From Eledone cirrhosa (taxonomy: Eukaryota): a stretch of DNA of 64,000 nucleotides. Made by a program: the position numbers and the translations under genes. Shown here piece after piece: positions 41,839 through 54,568 of this stretch. Each line of letters begins with the position of its first letter. The stretch's first letter is position 1. The DNA lies in NCBI GenBank assembly GCA_964016885.1, contig OZ024751.1:27280001-27344000 (forward strand), read 5' to 3'. Under the pieces are notes generated by a model. That model had not been told where the DNA came from. It saw nothing but the letters and a program-made list of their open reading frames with translations, and did no database searches.

Positions 41839-42118
41839 GTATAAATGATCGCGCCAACTTCAGAGCACCACGTAAAAGACGCTGCCGTAATATTTCATGG
41901 TATCTTCCTCCGTACTCTAACCATAAGTACCATTAGATGCTTAACAAAAATAATGTTAAAATCTCTTACTCCACAACCCCAAACTTAGCGGATCACATAG
42001 CACTCAGTAACACAGTAAGCTCTCTAAAATTAAACTCTATTGTGATATAAACAAAAGAATGCCTCTTAACCCTACACCCAGTAATACAGATAATATTAAT
42101 AATAATAATAATAATAAC

Positions 42119-42303
42119 TGTTTCTACTTTTGGCACAAGGCCAGCAATTACCCAGGGCATTACTGGTACTTTATTTTATAGACTCAGTAAGGATGAAAGG
42201 CAAAGTCAACCTCGGCGGGATTTGAACTCAGATCGTAAAGGGACGTAACTATGCTGGAAAGCATTACGTCCGACCCTCTACCGATACTGCCAATCCACCG
42301 CCC

Positions 42304-42304
<1 letters not shown>
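42119..42304 (-). mobile_element. Full-length tRNA-derived SINE within (TAA)n
   Basis: A and B boxes on minus strand; same family as 18073. Confidence 0.85.
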
Positions 42305-42334
<30 letters not shown>

Positions 42335-42337
<3 letters not shown>

Positions 42338-43030
42338 TGCACAAATATGTGGCTGACAGTAGGGAACCAATGCTCAAAATTGTACTGAAGGAGAAGACAA
42401 TAGACCAGGGGATATCCAAGGAGGAAGAGCAACCTTCATGAAATATCCCTTCATAGCACCTTCTTTAAGAAAACGGAATTCAGAGATCCACAGACTAGTT
42501 AAAAAGAGGAGACCTTAAAAAAGCTATAGAAGGAATGCTAATGGCTACACAAGAGCAAGCCCTCTGAGAAGTGGTATGAACATAAGCCAGAGTTGGTGAT
42601 AGAAAACGATCAAGTGAAGGTGTTATGGAATTTCAGAATACAGATGGACAAGAAATTAGAACACAATATGCCTGACCGGGTGGTTTTTGACAAGGAAAAA
42701 AGATCGTGCCTCATTGTAGATGTAGCCTGCCCCTTTGACACGAGTGTGCAAATAAAGGAGGAGAAAATTAACCGATACCAGGATTTAAAGTGCGAGATAG
42801 AAAGGATTTGGAACTGCCATGAAATCAAGGTCGTCTCGATTGTCATAGGAGCACTAGGTACTATCTCGAAGAGTTTTCAAGGATGGTTAAAAAAACATTA
42901 GTCCAGCCCCGTTTTTTGGAACACTTCAAAAGGCATGCTTGCTGGGAACAGCAGGCACCCTCCGATACGTCCTGAATATCTGAGGTAGCAGGTAGCGGCT
43001 TGATGTAGCCGTTCACCTTGACCCTTGAGA
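42335..43030 (+). mobile_element. R4/Dong-like non-LTR retrotransposon 3' fragment (restriction-like endonuclease)
   Basis: KWYEHKPE...LWNFRIQMDKKLEHNMPD...IVDVACPFD...KINRYQDL...IVIGALG; starts at (TAA)n. Confidence 0.8.
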
Positions 43031-43350
43031 GAGTTAGGAGGCCAGGGAAGTGGAGAGAGGGAGAGAGACAGTCCGTAAGAGAGACTGGCAGAGGAAAATT
43101 TGACAATTGGGTGGACCAACAGACAGATTGAAAGACAGACAAAAGGAAGGCTGGAGTGAGTGATGGGGGATGTATAGAGGCACGTAGGAGGAAGTGTGAG
43201 TGGGGGGGGATATAGAGGGACGTAGGAGCAAGAGTGAGGGGAGGTAGAGAGGGGCGTAGGAGGAAGTTGAGTGAGTGGGTAGGGTGTTGCTCAGTTAGTT
43301 GTAGACTCAGCTAAAAGTATGTAAACATATTGTTTACATACTTTTGTCTG

Positions 43351-43439
<89 letters not shown>

Positions 43440-43443
<4 letters not shown>

Positions 43444-43510
43444 TGATGATGTCACGACACTCGCACACAGAACAGTGTGGCCAGTGTCGTCATTGAAATA
43501 TATATCACAG
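43440..43510 (+). ncRNA. Type I hammerhead ribozyme motif
   Basis: TGT-CTGATGA(43443)-stem II ACGACACT/AGTGTCGT and CACAC/GTGTG-GAAA(43495)-TATATA-TC-ACA. Confidence 0.65.
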
Positions 43511-43888
43511 CATTATTATTAAACGACTTGAACATCTGAAACTACTTCGCTTTTACTTATTCTATATATATATATATACATACATACACACACACTCATA
43601 TATATATATGTGTGTGTGTGTATACATATATATATATATATATATATATAAAAGTGGATGAATACCTCAACAGGTACAATGTACTTGTAGAAATATGCAA
43701 GTTGTTTATAATACACTATGGCACTAATTCGAGATGCCAGAACAATATAAAAAGTAGCGGAGCAAGCGGTTATCAAACAATTTTCTAAATAAATTAAAAA
43801 ACGATTTCAATAATCACCTGTTCCATTGCTGTTACCGACGGTTTCATCATTCCAAAAGATATTTATACATACATACACACACACACTC

Positions 43889-43925
<37 letters not shown>

Positions 43926-43979
43926 CGTATACATATATATATATATATGTATATGTACATATATATATAAAAATATATA

Positions 43980-44452
43980 TAATCAGTTGATGGAACTAAC
44001 ATGTGTTTCACTGCTAGTACCGGTTGCATTTCAGCGTACTCAATAGGTAAGGTTAAGTAAACTACCAGAGTAGACACATAGTTATTCGCTTCAATACAAC
44101 ACATGTAAACGGGTACCTTCAATCTATACCCGAACTCGAGTTTCGGCCACACTTAATGCAGCAATAGAGTGCACAGCCTCCACTGTCTGCATTTATTATG
44201 CAACAATGCACAATCAGCGCATGTAGCTTCATCAACGGGTTTCGCCTAATCAATAGCCAATCGATCGACAGAATTCGGTTCCAGTCCATGTCAGCTATGA
44301 CTGAATGTGACGGTCAAAACAGTAAACATCATCGTAATGCCGTTAGTCGATTGGCCATTGGTTCAGAAATTTACGTGACGGCAGGAGACGAAGTTCAAAT
44401 AATTCCGCTCCTGCCATAAGCACTCAGCCAACGTGTCTCAAACACAAATTAA
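43980..44452 (-). mobile_element. About 480-bp hammerhead-bearing unit, copy 1 (core C to T at 44235)
   Basis: Direct repeat of 46390-46885; abuts (TA)n. Confidence 0.75.
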
Positions 44453-44724
44453 CAAGCGAGTGAAAAACGGTTATTAAAAAATCAGTCTCCTATCGCTGTA
44501 CAATAGAATGGTAGCATTCGGCTCTCGTCTCCAAGTCCTACAGCGAGAAATAGTGTGACAGTAATAATGGTAGTGCCTAAAACCTTTCTGGACATTATAT
44601 ATATATTGTGTTGGTATTTAAACGATAGTTATAGCTCTGGTTTATCCAAACTATTGAGCCCTTTGCCACGCATTTCGAAGATTGTGTTTCGTTATTTTGT
44701 GGGCCGAAATTCCGATTCTCGATA

Positions 44725-44788
<64 letters not shown>

Positions 44789-45164
44789 CTATTTATAGTT
44801 ATGTATATAGTATAAACAACTATAAACAGGAAGGTCAGTAATTTCTGTGTGGGTGTGGGTGTCTGTATAGGTGTGGGTGTGGGTGTCTGATGTACAGGTA
44901 TGCAAGTATGCTGTTATGCCGCTGGAAATTGTATGAGCCTCTGATGATATCACATCTAAACTGTCAATGACATAACCATGTCATGGACATATATATTATG
45001 CAATAAAACAATTACGTAAAAGCAATCCTGTCTTAACATTTCGCCGGGGTTACACGACTGGCGTGAAGTGCTTTTTGATTGCTTAAAACGGTTTATCCTC
45101 GCGGTGGTACAACATAACCTCTTCGGATAACTACCCTTATTATCTCCAACGATCGTGGAGGTAT

Positions 45165-45350
45165 TGTATCGGGCCTATTGTATTCTAATTTCTTGTCTGT
45201 TTGTATCCTGAAATCCCATAGCATATTCACTCGATCATTTTCTATCACCAACTCTGGCTTATGCTCATACCACTTCTCAGAATGTGGTAAATTATTTAGT
45301 TTGCATAAATACCAGTGAATCACTTTTCCCATTATATCATGTCTCCAACC
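45165..45350 (-). mobile_element. R4/Dong-like RLE fragment abutting (TTA)n
   Basis: RHDIMGKVIHWYLC...KWYEHKPE...LWDFRIQTDKKLEYNRPD. Confidence 0.75.
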
Positions 45351-45399
<49 letters not shown>

Positions 45400-45641
45400 A
45401 GGTGACAAATACTGATCATTATGACGTAACGACCGCCATATTTAAGCCCGGTCACGATAGACAAACACAGACTATGGAAATTTGAAAAGAATACATAGAT
45501 AGCAGTGTAAGAAATATCACGACTTGCTTTCTATATGTTAGTTATTATTTAATGAAGACACCCAATGTCAATGTTCCTATGAAACAACAGAACACATATA
45601 TAACTGGCTTTCCTTTTATCACCCCCCCCCCCCTCTCTCTC

Positions 45642-45685
<44 letters not shown>

Positions 45686-46349
45686 TGTGTGCGCGTGTGT
45701 GTGTGTGTGTGTGTGTCTGTGTGTGTGTGTGTAATTTGTTTAAAAATTACAGAATACGAATTCATACCGGTTTGTTCTGTCTTTTTCTGTTTAATGCAAT
45801 GAATTTCCTAGAATCTTTTATTGTTGTTGTTGTTATTGAACAACTTAAGTCATCAGTCATCTCTATAGCTGCTGCTGCTGTTGTCGGTGTTTTGTTTAAC
45901 CCTAAGTACCCTTTAGTCGAGCAGACTTATGATCCAAGGCAGCATAATATATCATTTTGAGATAGAGCGCCCGTGATGTTTGCTCTAATCTGATTAGAGC
46001 AAACATCACGGAGGGTTTAAGGCAGTTTGGCATTACGAGAGTTAAACGTTTCATGTTTAGCGATCCCGGCCGATTATAGGACGTCTTAGCCATAACACAT
46101 TCCTAGTTCTCCAGCAAGACGATGGAACATTTGTTAGCTACAGTGGCCTTTCTTTATTGTATTTTAGGAAATAAGCATTTTCCATAACCCTTAAGAAAAT
46201 GTTTATTATTTAGTTTCAATGTTATATATTAGACTAAATAATATAGTTATTAAACATACAGTATATTATAACGGTATTCCTCCCATACATATTTATGTTC
46301 TCATATCTATATAACCTCACTGGTTTCATAGTATACGTGTGTGCGTGTG

Positions 46350-46389
<40 letters not shown>

Positions 46390-46394
<5 letters not shown>

Positions 46395-46885
46395 GGTTGA
46401 CGGAACTAGCATGGGTTTCACTGCTAGTACCGCTTGCATCTCAGCGTACTCAATAGGTAAGGTTAAATAAACTACCAGAGTAGACACATAGTTATTGGCT
46501 TCAATACAACACACGTAAACGGGTACCTTCAATCTATACCCGAACTCGAGTTTCGGCCACACTTAATGCAGCAATAGAGTGCACAGCCTCCACTGTCTGC
46601 ATGTATTATGTAACAATGCACAATCACCGCATGTGGCTTCATCAGCGGGTTTTGCCTAATCAATAACCAATTGATCGACAGAATTCGATTTCAGTCCATG
46701 TTGGCTATGACTGTATGTGATGGTCAACACAGTAAAACATTAACAACTGAAATCCTTACGCGTCATCACAATTGCTGTCCACCGATTGGCCACTGATTTA
46801 GAAATTCATGTGATGATAGGAGACGAGATTCAAATAGTTCCGTTACTGCCCTAAACACTCAGCCAACGTGTCTCAAACACAAATT
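46390..46885 (-). mobile_element. About 500-bp hammerhead-bearing unit, copy 2
   Basis: Direct repeat of 43980-44452. Confidence 0.75.
46538..46650 (-). ncRNA. Type I hammerhead with long stem II
   Basis: Minus strand: ACCCG-CTGATGA-AGCCACAT...GTGTGGCC-GAAA-CTCGAG-TT-CGGGT. Confidence 0.7.
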
Positions 46886-46949
46886 AGAAATAATTTGGTC
46901 ACGAGGCAGGATTCTAAGAGAGCAATGTTTAATTAAACTAAATGGTAAC

Positions 46950-47210
46950 GGCGGCGGTGGTGGTGGTGGTGGCGGTGGTGGTGGCGGTGGTGGTGTTGGT
47001 GGCGGCGGCGGTGGTAACGGCGGTGGTGGTGGTGGTGGTGGCGGTGGTGGTGTTGGTGGCGGCGGCGGTGGTGGTGGTGGCGGTGGTGGTGGTGGTGGCG
47101 GTGGTGGTGTTGGTGGCGGCGGCGGTGGTGGCGGCGGTGGTGGTGGTGGTGGCGGTGGTGGTGTTGGTGGTGGCGGTGGCGGCGGTGGTGGCGGCGGCGG
47201 CGGTGGTGGT
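46950..47210. repeat. (GGT/GGC)n tract
   Basis: Direct reading. Confidence 0.9.
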
Positions 47211-47440
47211 TGAGCAATGTAGGTTGACATGAGAAGTAGGTATATAAATGAGTTATATATATATGTGTGTGTGTGTGTATACCAGGTGGGCGAGGTATAT
47301 ATATATATATATAATATCCCTAATATAGAATAAAATTGGGATAGTCACGGCTGGAACAACTTTGATCACAGAGCCGCTCAATCAAGGCTCGCGTGGTGCT
47401 AAACAACAGCAGCTAAATTCCCCTCAAATCACAGCTTACA

Positions 47441-47501
<61 letters not shown>

Positions 47502-47502
47502 C

Positions 47503-47536
<34 letters not shown>

Positions 47537-47909
47537 CAAATGAAAAAACGGAGTTAAAGACTCGCGTTAATCCCCTGTAATTTAATGAGCTCCAGGTATA
47601 GATACCGAGCTCTTCATAATACAGTATATAGAGAGAAAAAAAGGAAAGGTTATGTTTTCAATTACGAGGGGTAGAGAAACATTCTGGCTTAAATTGATTT
47701 TAAAAAAGGGCTAGAAATAGCACCCTACAACCATTCAACTTAAAAAGCTCAACAACATAAAGAAATTAGTTAGGAGCCAAATATTAATTTACTTTTGTAA
47801 TTATTATATATTTTCCACATTTGTAGACATTATGCCTTTCACCCTAGTGGTTCTCTACCCCTCGTAACTGAAAAAATAACTTTTCGTGTTTTATTCGCTA
47901 TATACTGTA

Positions 47910-48245
<336 letters not shown>

Positions 48246-48384
48246 ATATACTCCAGTTCTACCAACTGTTGAGTGCTACTTATCTGATATATGCATAGTT
48301 TTATTGTTCTACAATATTACTCACCTTCTATATATATATATATATATATATGAAAAGTGTAATTTTCTACTCAAAACGAAGGTT

Positions 48385-48667
<283 letters not shown>

Positions 48668-48856
48668 TATATATATGTGGATATTGCTAGAGATATTACT
48701 GCTATTTTGGTTATGGTTTAAATTTCTATTATTGATTCTATTTATATTTTGTGCTAAGTTCATAGTAGTAGAGTAAGATAGTTTTATTGTATGTCTGTTA
48801 AAGATTGAGTGGTATCTATGGGCTTTAGGAAAACATTTATCTAGAGCTTTAAAGAA

Positions 48857-49460
48857 TAGATAAATGTTTTCCTAAAGCCCATAGATACCACTCAATCTTT
48901 AACAGACATACAATAAAACTATCTTACTCTACTACTATGAACTTAGCACAAAATATAAATAGAATCAATAATAGAAATTTAAACCATAACCAAAATAGCA
49001 GTAATATTTCTAGCAATATCCAACTTAATAATACCGTTCCGAATAACATCAACTCCGCTAAATGTAATTGTAGAATTAAATCAAACTGTCCTTTAAAAAA
49101 TAAGTGCTTAGATAAGGATGTGGTCTATAAATGCACAGTCAAAACCAGTGATAATATATTTAACTATGTAGGTTCAACTTCTACAGACTTTAAAACTTGT
49201 TTTAATAATCACAAATGCTCGTTTAATAATATTGGTAAAAAATCTTCAACTTCTCTATCAAACCTGATATGGAACTTAAAATCCAAAAATATGGACTATT
49301 CTTTAACTTGGAAAATAATTTCAGTAGCACAGCTTTATCTAGATTTTGCAAATTGTGTGTTGAGGAAATTTTCTTCATACTTAAATGTAAGAACTCTATT
49401 AATATACGTATGAATTTATTTAGCTCTTGTAAACATCGCCTAAATTCAACGTTTAAATCT
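48857..49460 (+). pseudogene. PLE RT thumb/linker and GIY-YIG endonuclease (frameshift near 49340)
   Basis: ORF 48937-49413 continues in another frame as CKLCVEEIFFIL...SSCKHR. Confidence 0.85.
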
Positions 49461-50697
49461 ATATATAAATTTAATTACACTTATAATATTTCTACTTATT
49501 TCCATATATTGTTTGCTATAATTTCACTTATTAAATTTTCTTAAATTATATACATATATGATCCTAAATTTTTAAATTTAAATTTTTTATTTTTAATTTT
49601 AACTTTAAATTTAATATTTTTTAAGGTTTTTTAATTCTTTTTTTTTTTTTATCTTTTACTTCTTAAATCTTTCATTTTTCATTTTTATTCTTTATTTTTT
49701 ACTTCTAAAATATTTCATATATTTTAAAAATTACTTATTTTTAAAAAATTACTTATATCTTTTTTTAATTACTTTTTTTTTTAAATCTACTTATCTCTTA
49801 TAAAATAATTTTTAATAATTTTTAAAATATTTTTTTAAAAATTAAAAACAAATTTTTTTAAAGATTTTTTAAAGTATTTTTTAAATTTTTTAAAATATTT
49901 TCCGAAATTTTTTTTTTAAAGATTTTCCAATATTCTTTAATATTCTTTAATATTTTTTATATTTTTTAATAAAATTGTTTAATATCTTTTATTAGATTTA
50001 TAACCAATAACTAATTCAGGCTAAATATATTTATATCTTTGACAAAATGGTCTCATAATAACTAATAAACAAACAAAACTGGTGGGTTTTTTTCCGTATC
50101 TTCCCAATTTAAAACATTTAAAATATATAAATATTCTTATTAACTTAATTACTTACACTAAATATAAACCAATATCCCTCATAACTCATTAAAACAATTA
50201 TCTATACCAAGATCTATCCATTCATATATCTATTTTTCTATCTATTGATTCTTCTATTTATCTATTTTCTATCTATTTATTTTTCAATATATGTTTCTAT
50301 CTAATTTTTTAGATATATTCATTTTTCTACATATATCTATTTTTTCTATCTACTTATAATAGTAAATATTATATTATATTAGAAAAGAATTCTAACAACA
50401 AAATAATAGTAAATATATGTACCATTAGTAGATATAAACTTAAAACTTATTTACGTTACATCTTGTAAATTTCTTCTCTCTATCTATCTCGTAATATTAA
50501 TATTTTTTCTCTCTCTCTTCCCTATCTTTCCCCAGTGTCATTTAAATAAACGGTTGTTTTTTCAATTATTTACACATTCATTTGCATATTCACACATAAC
50601 TTTGAATAATCCCTAATATGTTTCCACTATCCAGTGAATTTCCGACTGATAAGGTATGATTTTCATGAGTACGTCTTTATTTATAAAACAAACTTTG

Positions 50698-50762
50698 TAT
50701 TTTATCTGATGAAAGTGCACCAAGGTTTGCTTGGTTGCCCTTGAAATACATATAATAAAATA
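50698..50762 (+). ncRNA. Type I hammerhead ribozyme
   Basis: TATTTTAT-CTGATGA(50706)-AAG..CCAAG/CTTGG..CTT-GAAA(50743)-TACATA-TA-ATAAAATA. Confidence 0.8.
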
Positions 50763-50868
50763 AACATGGTTTTATAAATATATATTTACTCATTTGCATT
50801 GTCGAGGCTTCCAAACGACTTAAAGATATTTACCTATTATTCCACAATGCTTCAAGCAAACTTCAATA

Positions 50869-50937
<69 letters not shown>

Positions 50938-50941
<4 letters not shown>

Positions 50942-51841
50942 GTCTTTTAAGACTATACAGAGCATTTGATGTTATTCCAAATTGAAGGATAAGTGTTTCA
51001 AACAGTATTTTATCATGAGTTAAAGGTCTATAGATTTTTCCCTGGATTTTACTAAATTCTGTGGATGAATTTATATCCTGATTCTCTTTTGAGATGAGTT
51101 TGAGTTATTTTTCCTAAATCTTTCGTTAACTACTTTTCCCATCTTGACGTTATAGTCGCATATATGTTATAGAATGCCGTTAGCTTCTTGCTAAAACAAT
51201 CTCTATACCTCTCATTTATATTTATACTCGGATTCTTTTCCTAGAGTGCTTAAACTATCTGTGACTAATCCCGGTTTTTTTCATAAAAACTGTGATAATT
51301 ATTGCTATTTTGCTGAACTCCTTTGTAGAGTTTTTTTCAGAATGTATTTGACTGCTATTTCTTGTAAATAAACATTCACTTCCATCCTGACGTCACTAGC
51401 CCCGTTTTTTCCTCATGTGCTTTTTCATAAATACACATGAAGGCGAACTAGCCAGTTTTAGAATTCCCTTTTTCGGATTATACTACTGTGAGAGCCCTGG
51501 TTTCTGTTGAGCTCTGCTGATGAATGAAATCCAACCGTGACCATCTCCACTGAAAGTTTTCATGAAATAGTCTTTTAAGACTATACAGAGCATTTGATGT
51601 TATTCCAAATTGAAGGATAAGTGTTTCAAACAGTATTTTATCATGAGTTAAAGGTCTATAGATTTTTCCCTGGATTTTACTAAATTCTGTGGATGAATTT
51701 ATATCCTGATTCTCTTTTGAGATGAGTTTGAGTTATTTTTCCTAAATCTTTCGTTAACTACTTTTCCCATCTTGACGTTATAGTCGCATATATGTTATAG
51801 AATGCCGTTAGCTTCTTGCTAAAACAATCTCTATACCTCTC

Positions 51842-51848
<7 letters not shown>
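50938..51848 (+). mobile_element. Apparently non-coding 628-bp-period partial tandem (283-bp direct terminal repeats), retrozyme or pLTR-like
   Basis: 50938-51220 matches 51566-51848; flanked by (TA)n on both sides; no ORF of 60 aa or more in the track. Confidence 0.75.
51511..51591 (+). ncRNA. Type I hammerhead ribozyme with full stems
   Basis: GCTCTG-CTGATGA(51517)-ATGAAA/TTTCAT-GAAA(51564)-TAGTCTT tt AAGACTA-TA-CAGAGC. Confidence 0.85.
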
Positions 51849-51877
<29 letters not shown>

Positions 51878-52344
51878 ATGGTCACATATTTGATGGTAGG
51901 TCAGTTCGACTAAGGCTGGCCTGGTGCATATACGACGGACAGGATGGTGACATGATTATCATCACCATCATCATCATCACCAACATCACCAGCATCAACA
52001 CCATCATCATCACGACAACCACCACCACCACCACCACCACCGCCACTACCATCACCACCACCACCATCTATCACTATTTCTATTTATATATCACCAATTA
52101 CATCAAACAATTCTATAAATTACTTCTCATATCCTTTCGAAATTAACTCATTAATCAATTAATTATTCTAATTATATTAAATAATTAAGTGTGTAAAATC
52201 CATCTCTCTCTCTCCCCTCTCATTCTCTCACTCCCTCACTCTCTCACATCCTCTCTGTCTCACATTAGCTACTTTTTTCTAGCTATCACACTGACTTCTC
52301 CATCTCCTTCCCCCTCTCTCTCACACACACACGTACACATACAC

Positions 52345-54568
52345 ATACATACTTATACATATACATACATACAAACATACATACATACATACATACATAC
52401 ATACATACATACATACATACATACATACATACATACATACATACATACATACATACATACATACATGATGGCTGCAAACTCTGTTTAGAGTATTATAATC
52501 GCGTGTCTGATTATAGAAAATGGTGTACTTTTAGGCTACGGTCCGCCACACAAACCTGTAACAGATCCCGAACAAGCGATGCCTGTGCTTTGAAGGTTTT
52601 GTAAGTGGTGAAAGGCCTTGCACTCGACCAATCCCACTCTCTGAGCATCGAAAACACTACACGAAAAGGAGAATTGGTCAACATCATCGGATGCTTCCGA
52701 AGCCGCAGGTTTTTTTTTAGAGTTTCCCTCTCCTAGAAAGGTGTTGTCACAACAACTGGGGGCCTTTCACTCCCAGGTTTTTTTTAAAAATGTACTGTTT
52801 GGATGGCTGTTGACTCTGCTGAGTTTCTCCGCCGTTTGTCGGGTCTTGTATTTCATCCCGCAGATTTGCATACCTATATACATACACATGATGGCTGCAA
52901 ACTCTGCCAAGAGTATTGCAATCACTTGTGAGATTCAAATTGTGACGCTCGGATATGGCTTTTCAAGCCTGCTAGAGACTTGCACTCCTTCGCACACTGA
53001 CGACAACTATAGATCTCCCTGGCTTGAGATTCTGCATCAGGTTGCCTGTTAACCCTCACAACACCGTGGAGATCATAGTTCACTGGTTCTCTTTGAATAT
53101 GGCTGCGACTGTGGCTCCTGAGACCAGATTTGCTCAAGCAAATCTTTCCACACTCAGGGCACTTTAATTCAATGGAGACACCGATCGTTTCGAGAGATAC
53201 ACCAGGGAATTGCTTACGCACATCCCGTTTGATCTTCTCGTCCTCAAAATTATGGACCCCATCATTCACCATTCCACGCCAAGTTTCTCTTTCAAGAGCT
53301 TCTATCTCCCAGTCAGCCATCATCAAACCAGGTTTTTTTTCAATGAGTCCTTTACATAATTCTTGAATCGGAGCCTTGGCTTGTGATGTGGTCTCTTACC
53401 CTTACAAAGCTCGCTGCACAAGAGTTGTTTTGGGATTCGCTCGTCCTCCATTCTGCAGAGGTGTCCGGTCCATCGCAAACACCGTTGGTGGATGATACTC
53501 TCAATGCTCCGACACTCACTTCTCTCAAGGACCTTAACATCACTCACATGCATCTGCCACTTCATACCGAGCATCTTTCTGAGACACTGCTGGTGAAACC
53601 GTTCTAGTCTGTGGATATGCCGTTTGTAGGCAACCCATGTCTCACACGCATACAGCAAAGCTGACAGTACACATGCAGCATACAATCTCACCTTGATCCT
53701 CATTGTGATTCCTTGCCTACACCAAAGACGGTCGTTGAGCCTTCCAAATGACTCACTTGCCTTACTAACACGTAGACCAACTTCTGCATCCAGAGAACAG
53801 GCCACACTCAGAGTACTCCCCAAATACACAAATGTGTCAGCAGCCTTCAGCTTTTGACCGTATACGTATATGGAGGGTTCATTGAAAACTTTATCCAGAG
53901 CAGGTTGGTACATGACGACAGTCTTCTTCAGACTGATTGTCAGTCGCAAAGCACTGCACGCATTGGAAAAAGAATCCATAAGGTGTTGCATGTCACTCTG
54001 GGAGTGTGCAAAGAGATCAAAATCATCTGTATATAAAAATTCTCTGATCAAGTGTTAGCAGTGAGACTCCTGAGGTTGAACAGCTAGCCGGAAGTGCGAT
54101 ATCTGAGATAGATACCGTGTTGACAATCCTTGAAGGCCATGAAGAACGCCATTACGAAATACACGGTAAACAAAGTCGGTGCAGGTATATCACACTGCTT
54201 GACACCATTTTCAACCGAGATTGGCTCAGACAGTTTACTTCCAACATTCACCCATGCCTGCATGTCATCGTGGAAGAGTTTCAGAATATTCACAAACTTT
54301 TCAGGATAGCCCCCAATCTCTCCAAAATAACCCACAAAGCCTCCTGATTTACGGTATCAAATGCCTTGGTCAGATCGACAAAAACTTGGTATAAGTCCAT
54401 GCGCTGCTCAATGCATTTCTCTTGAAGTTGTTTGGCCGAGAAGATTATGTCAACAGTGCCTCTGCCATTCCTAAAGCCACATTGGGACTCAGGAAGTACC
54501 TCAACAGCAATGTGCTGTATCAATCTGTCCAACAAAATCCTGCACAAGATCTTCCCAACCACAGATAG
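52345..54568 (-). mobile_element. 5'-truncated RTE/BovB-like LINE (RT, C-terminal C2H2 motifs, 3' UTR, (TATG)n tail)
   Basis: PESQCGFRNGRGTVD, FVDLTKAFDTVN, GVKQCDIPAPTLF, FLYTDD, FVYLGS, LRWTGHLCRM; frameshifts present. Confidence 0.9.

Larger units (their letters stand above)
48678..50875 (+). mobile_element. 5'-truncated PLE with 5' fold-back, GIY-YIG domain, long T/A-rich 3' region and hammerhead, between (TA)n tracts
   Basis: Fold-back 48678-48843 / 48857-49022; IFNRHTIKLSYS...CNCRIKSNCPLKNKCL...VVYKC...YVGSTSTDFK...SSTSLSNLIWNLK. Confidence 0.85.

Noticed and set aside
44935-45025. CTGATGA followed by a hairpin
   Set aside because: GAAA absent and stem I poor; at most a decayed relic
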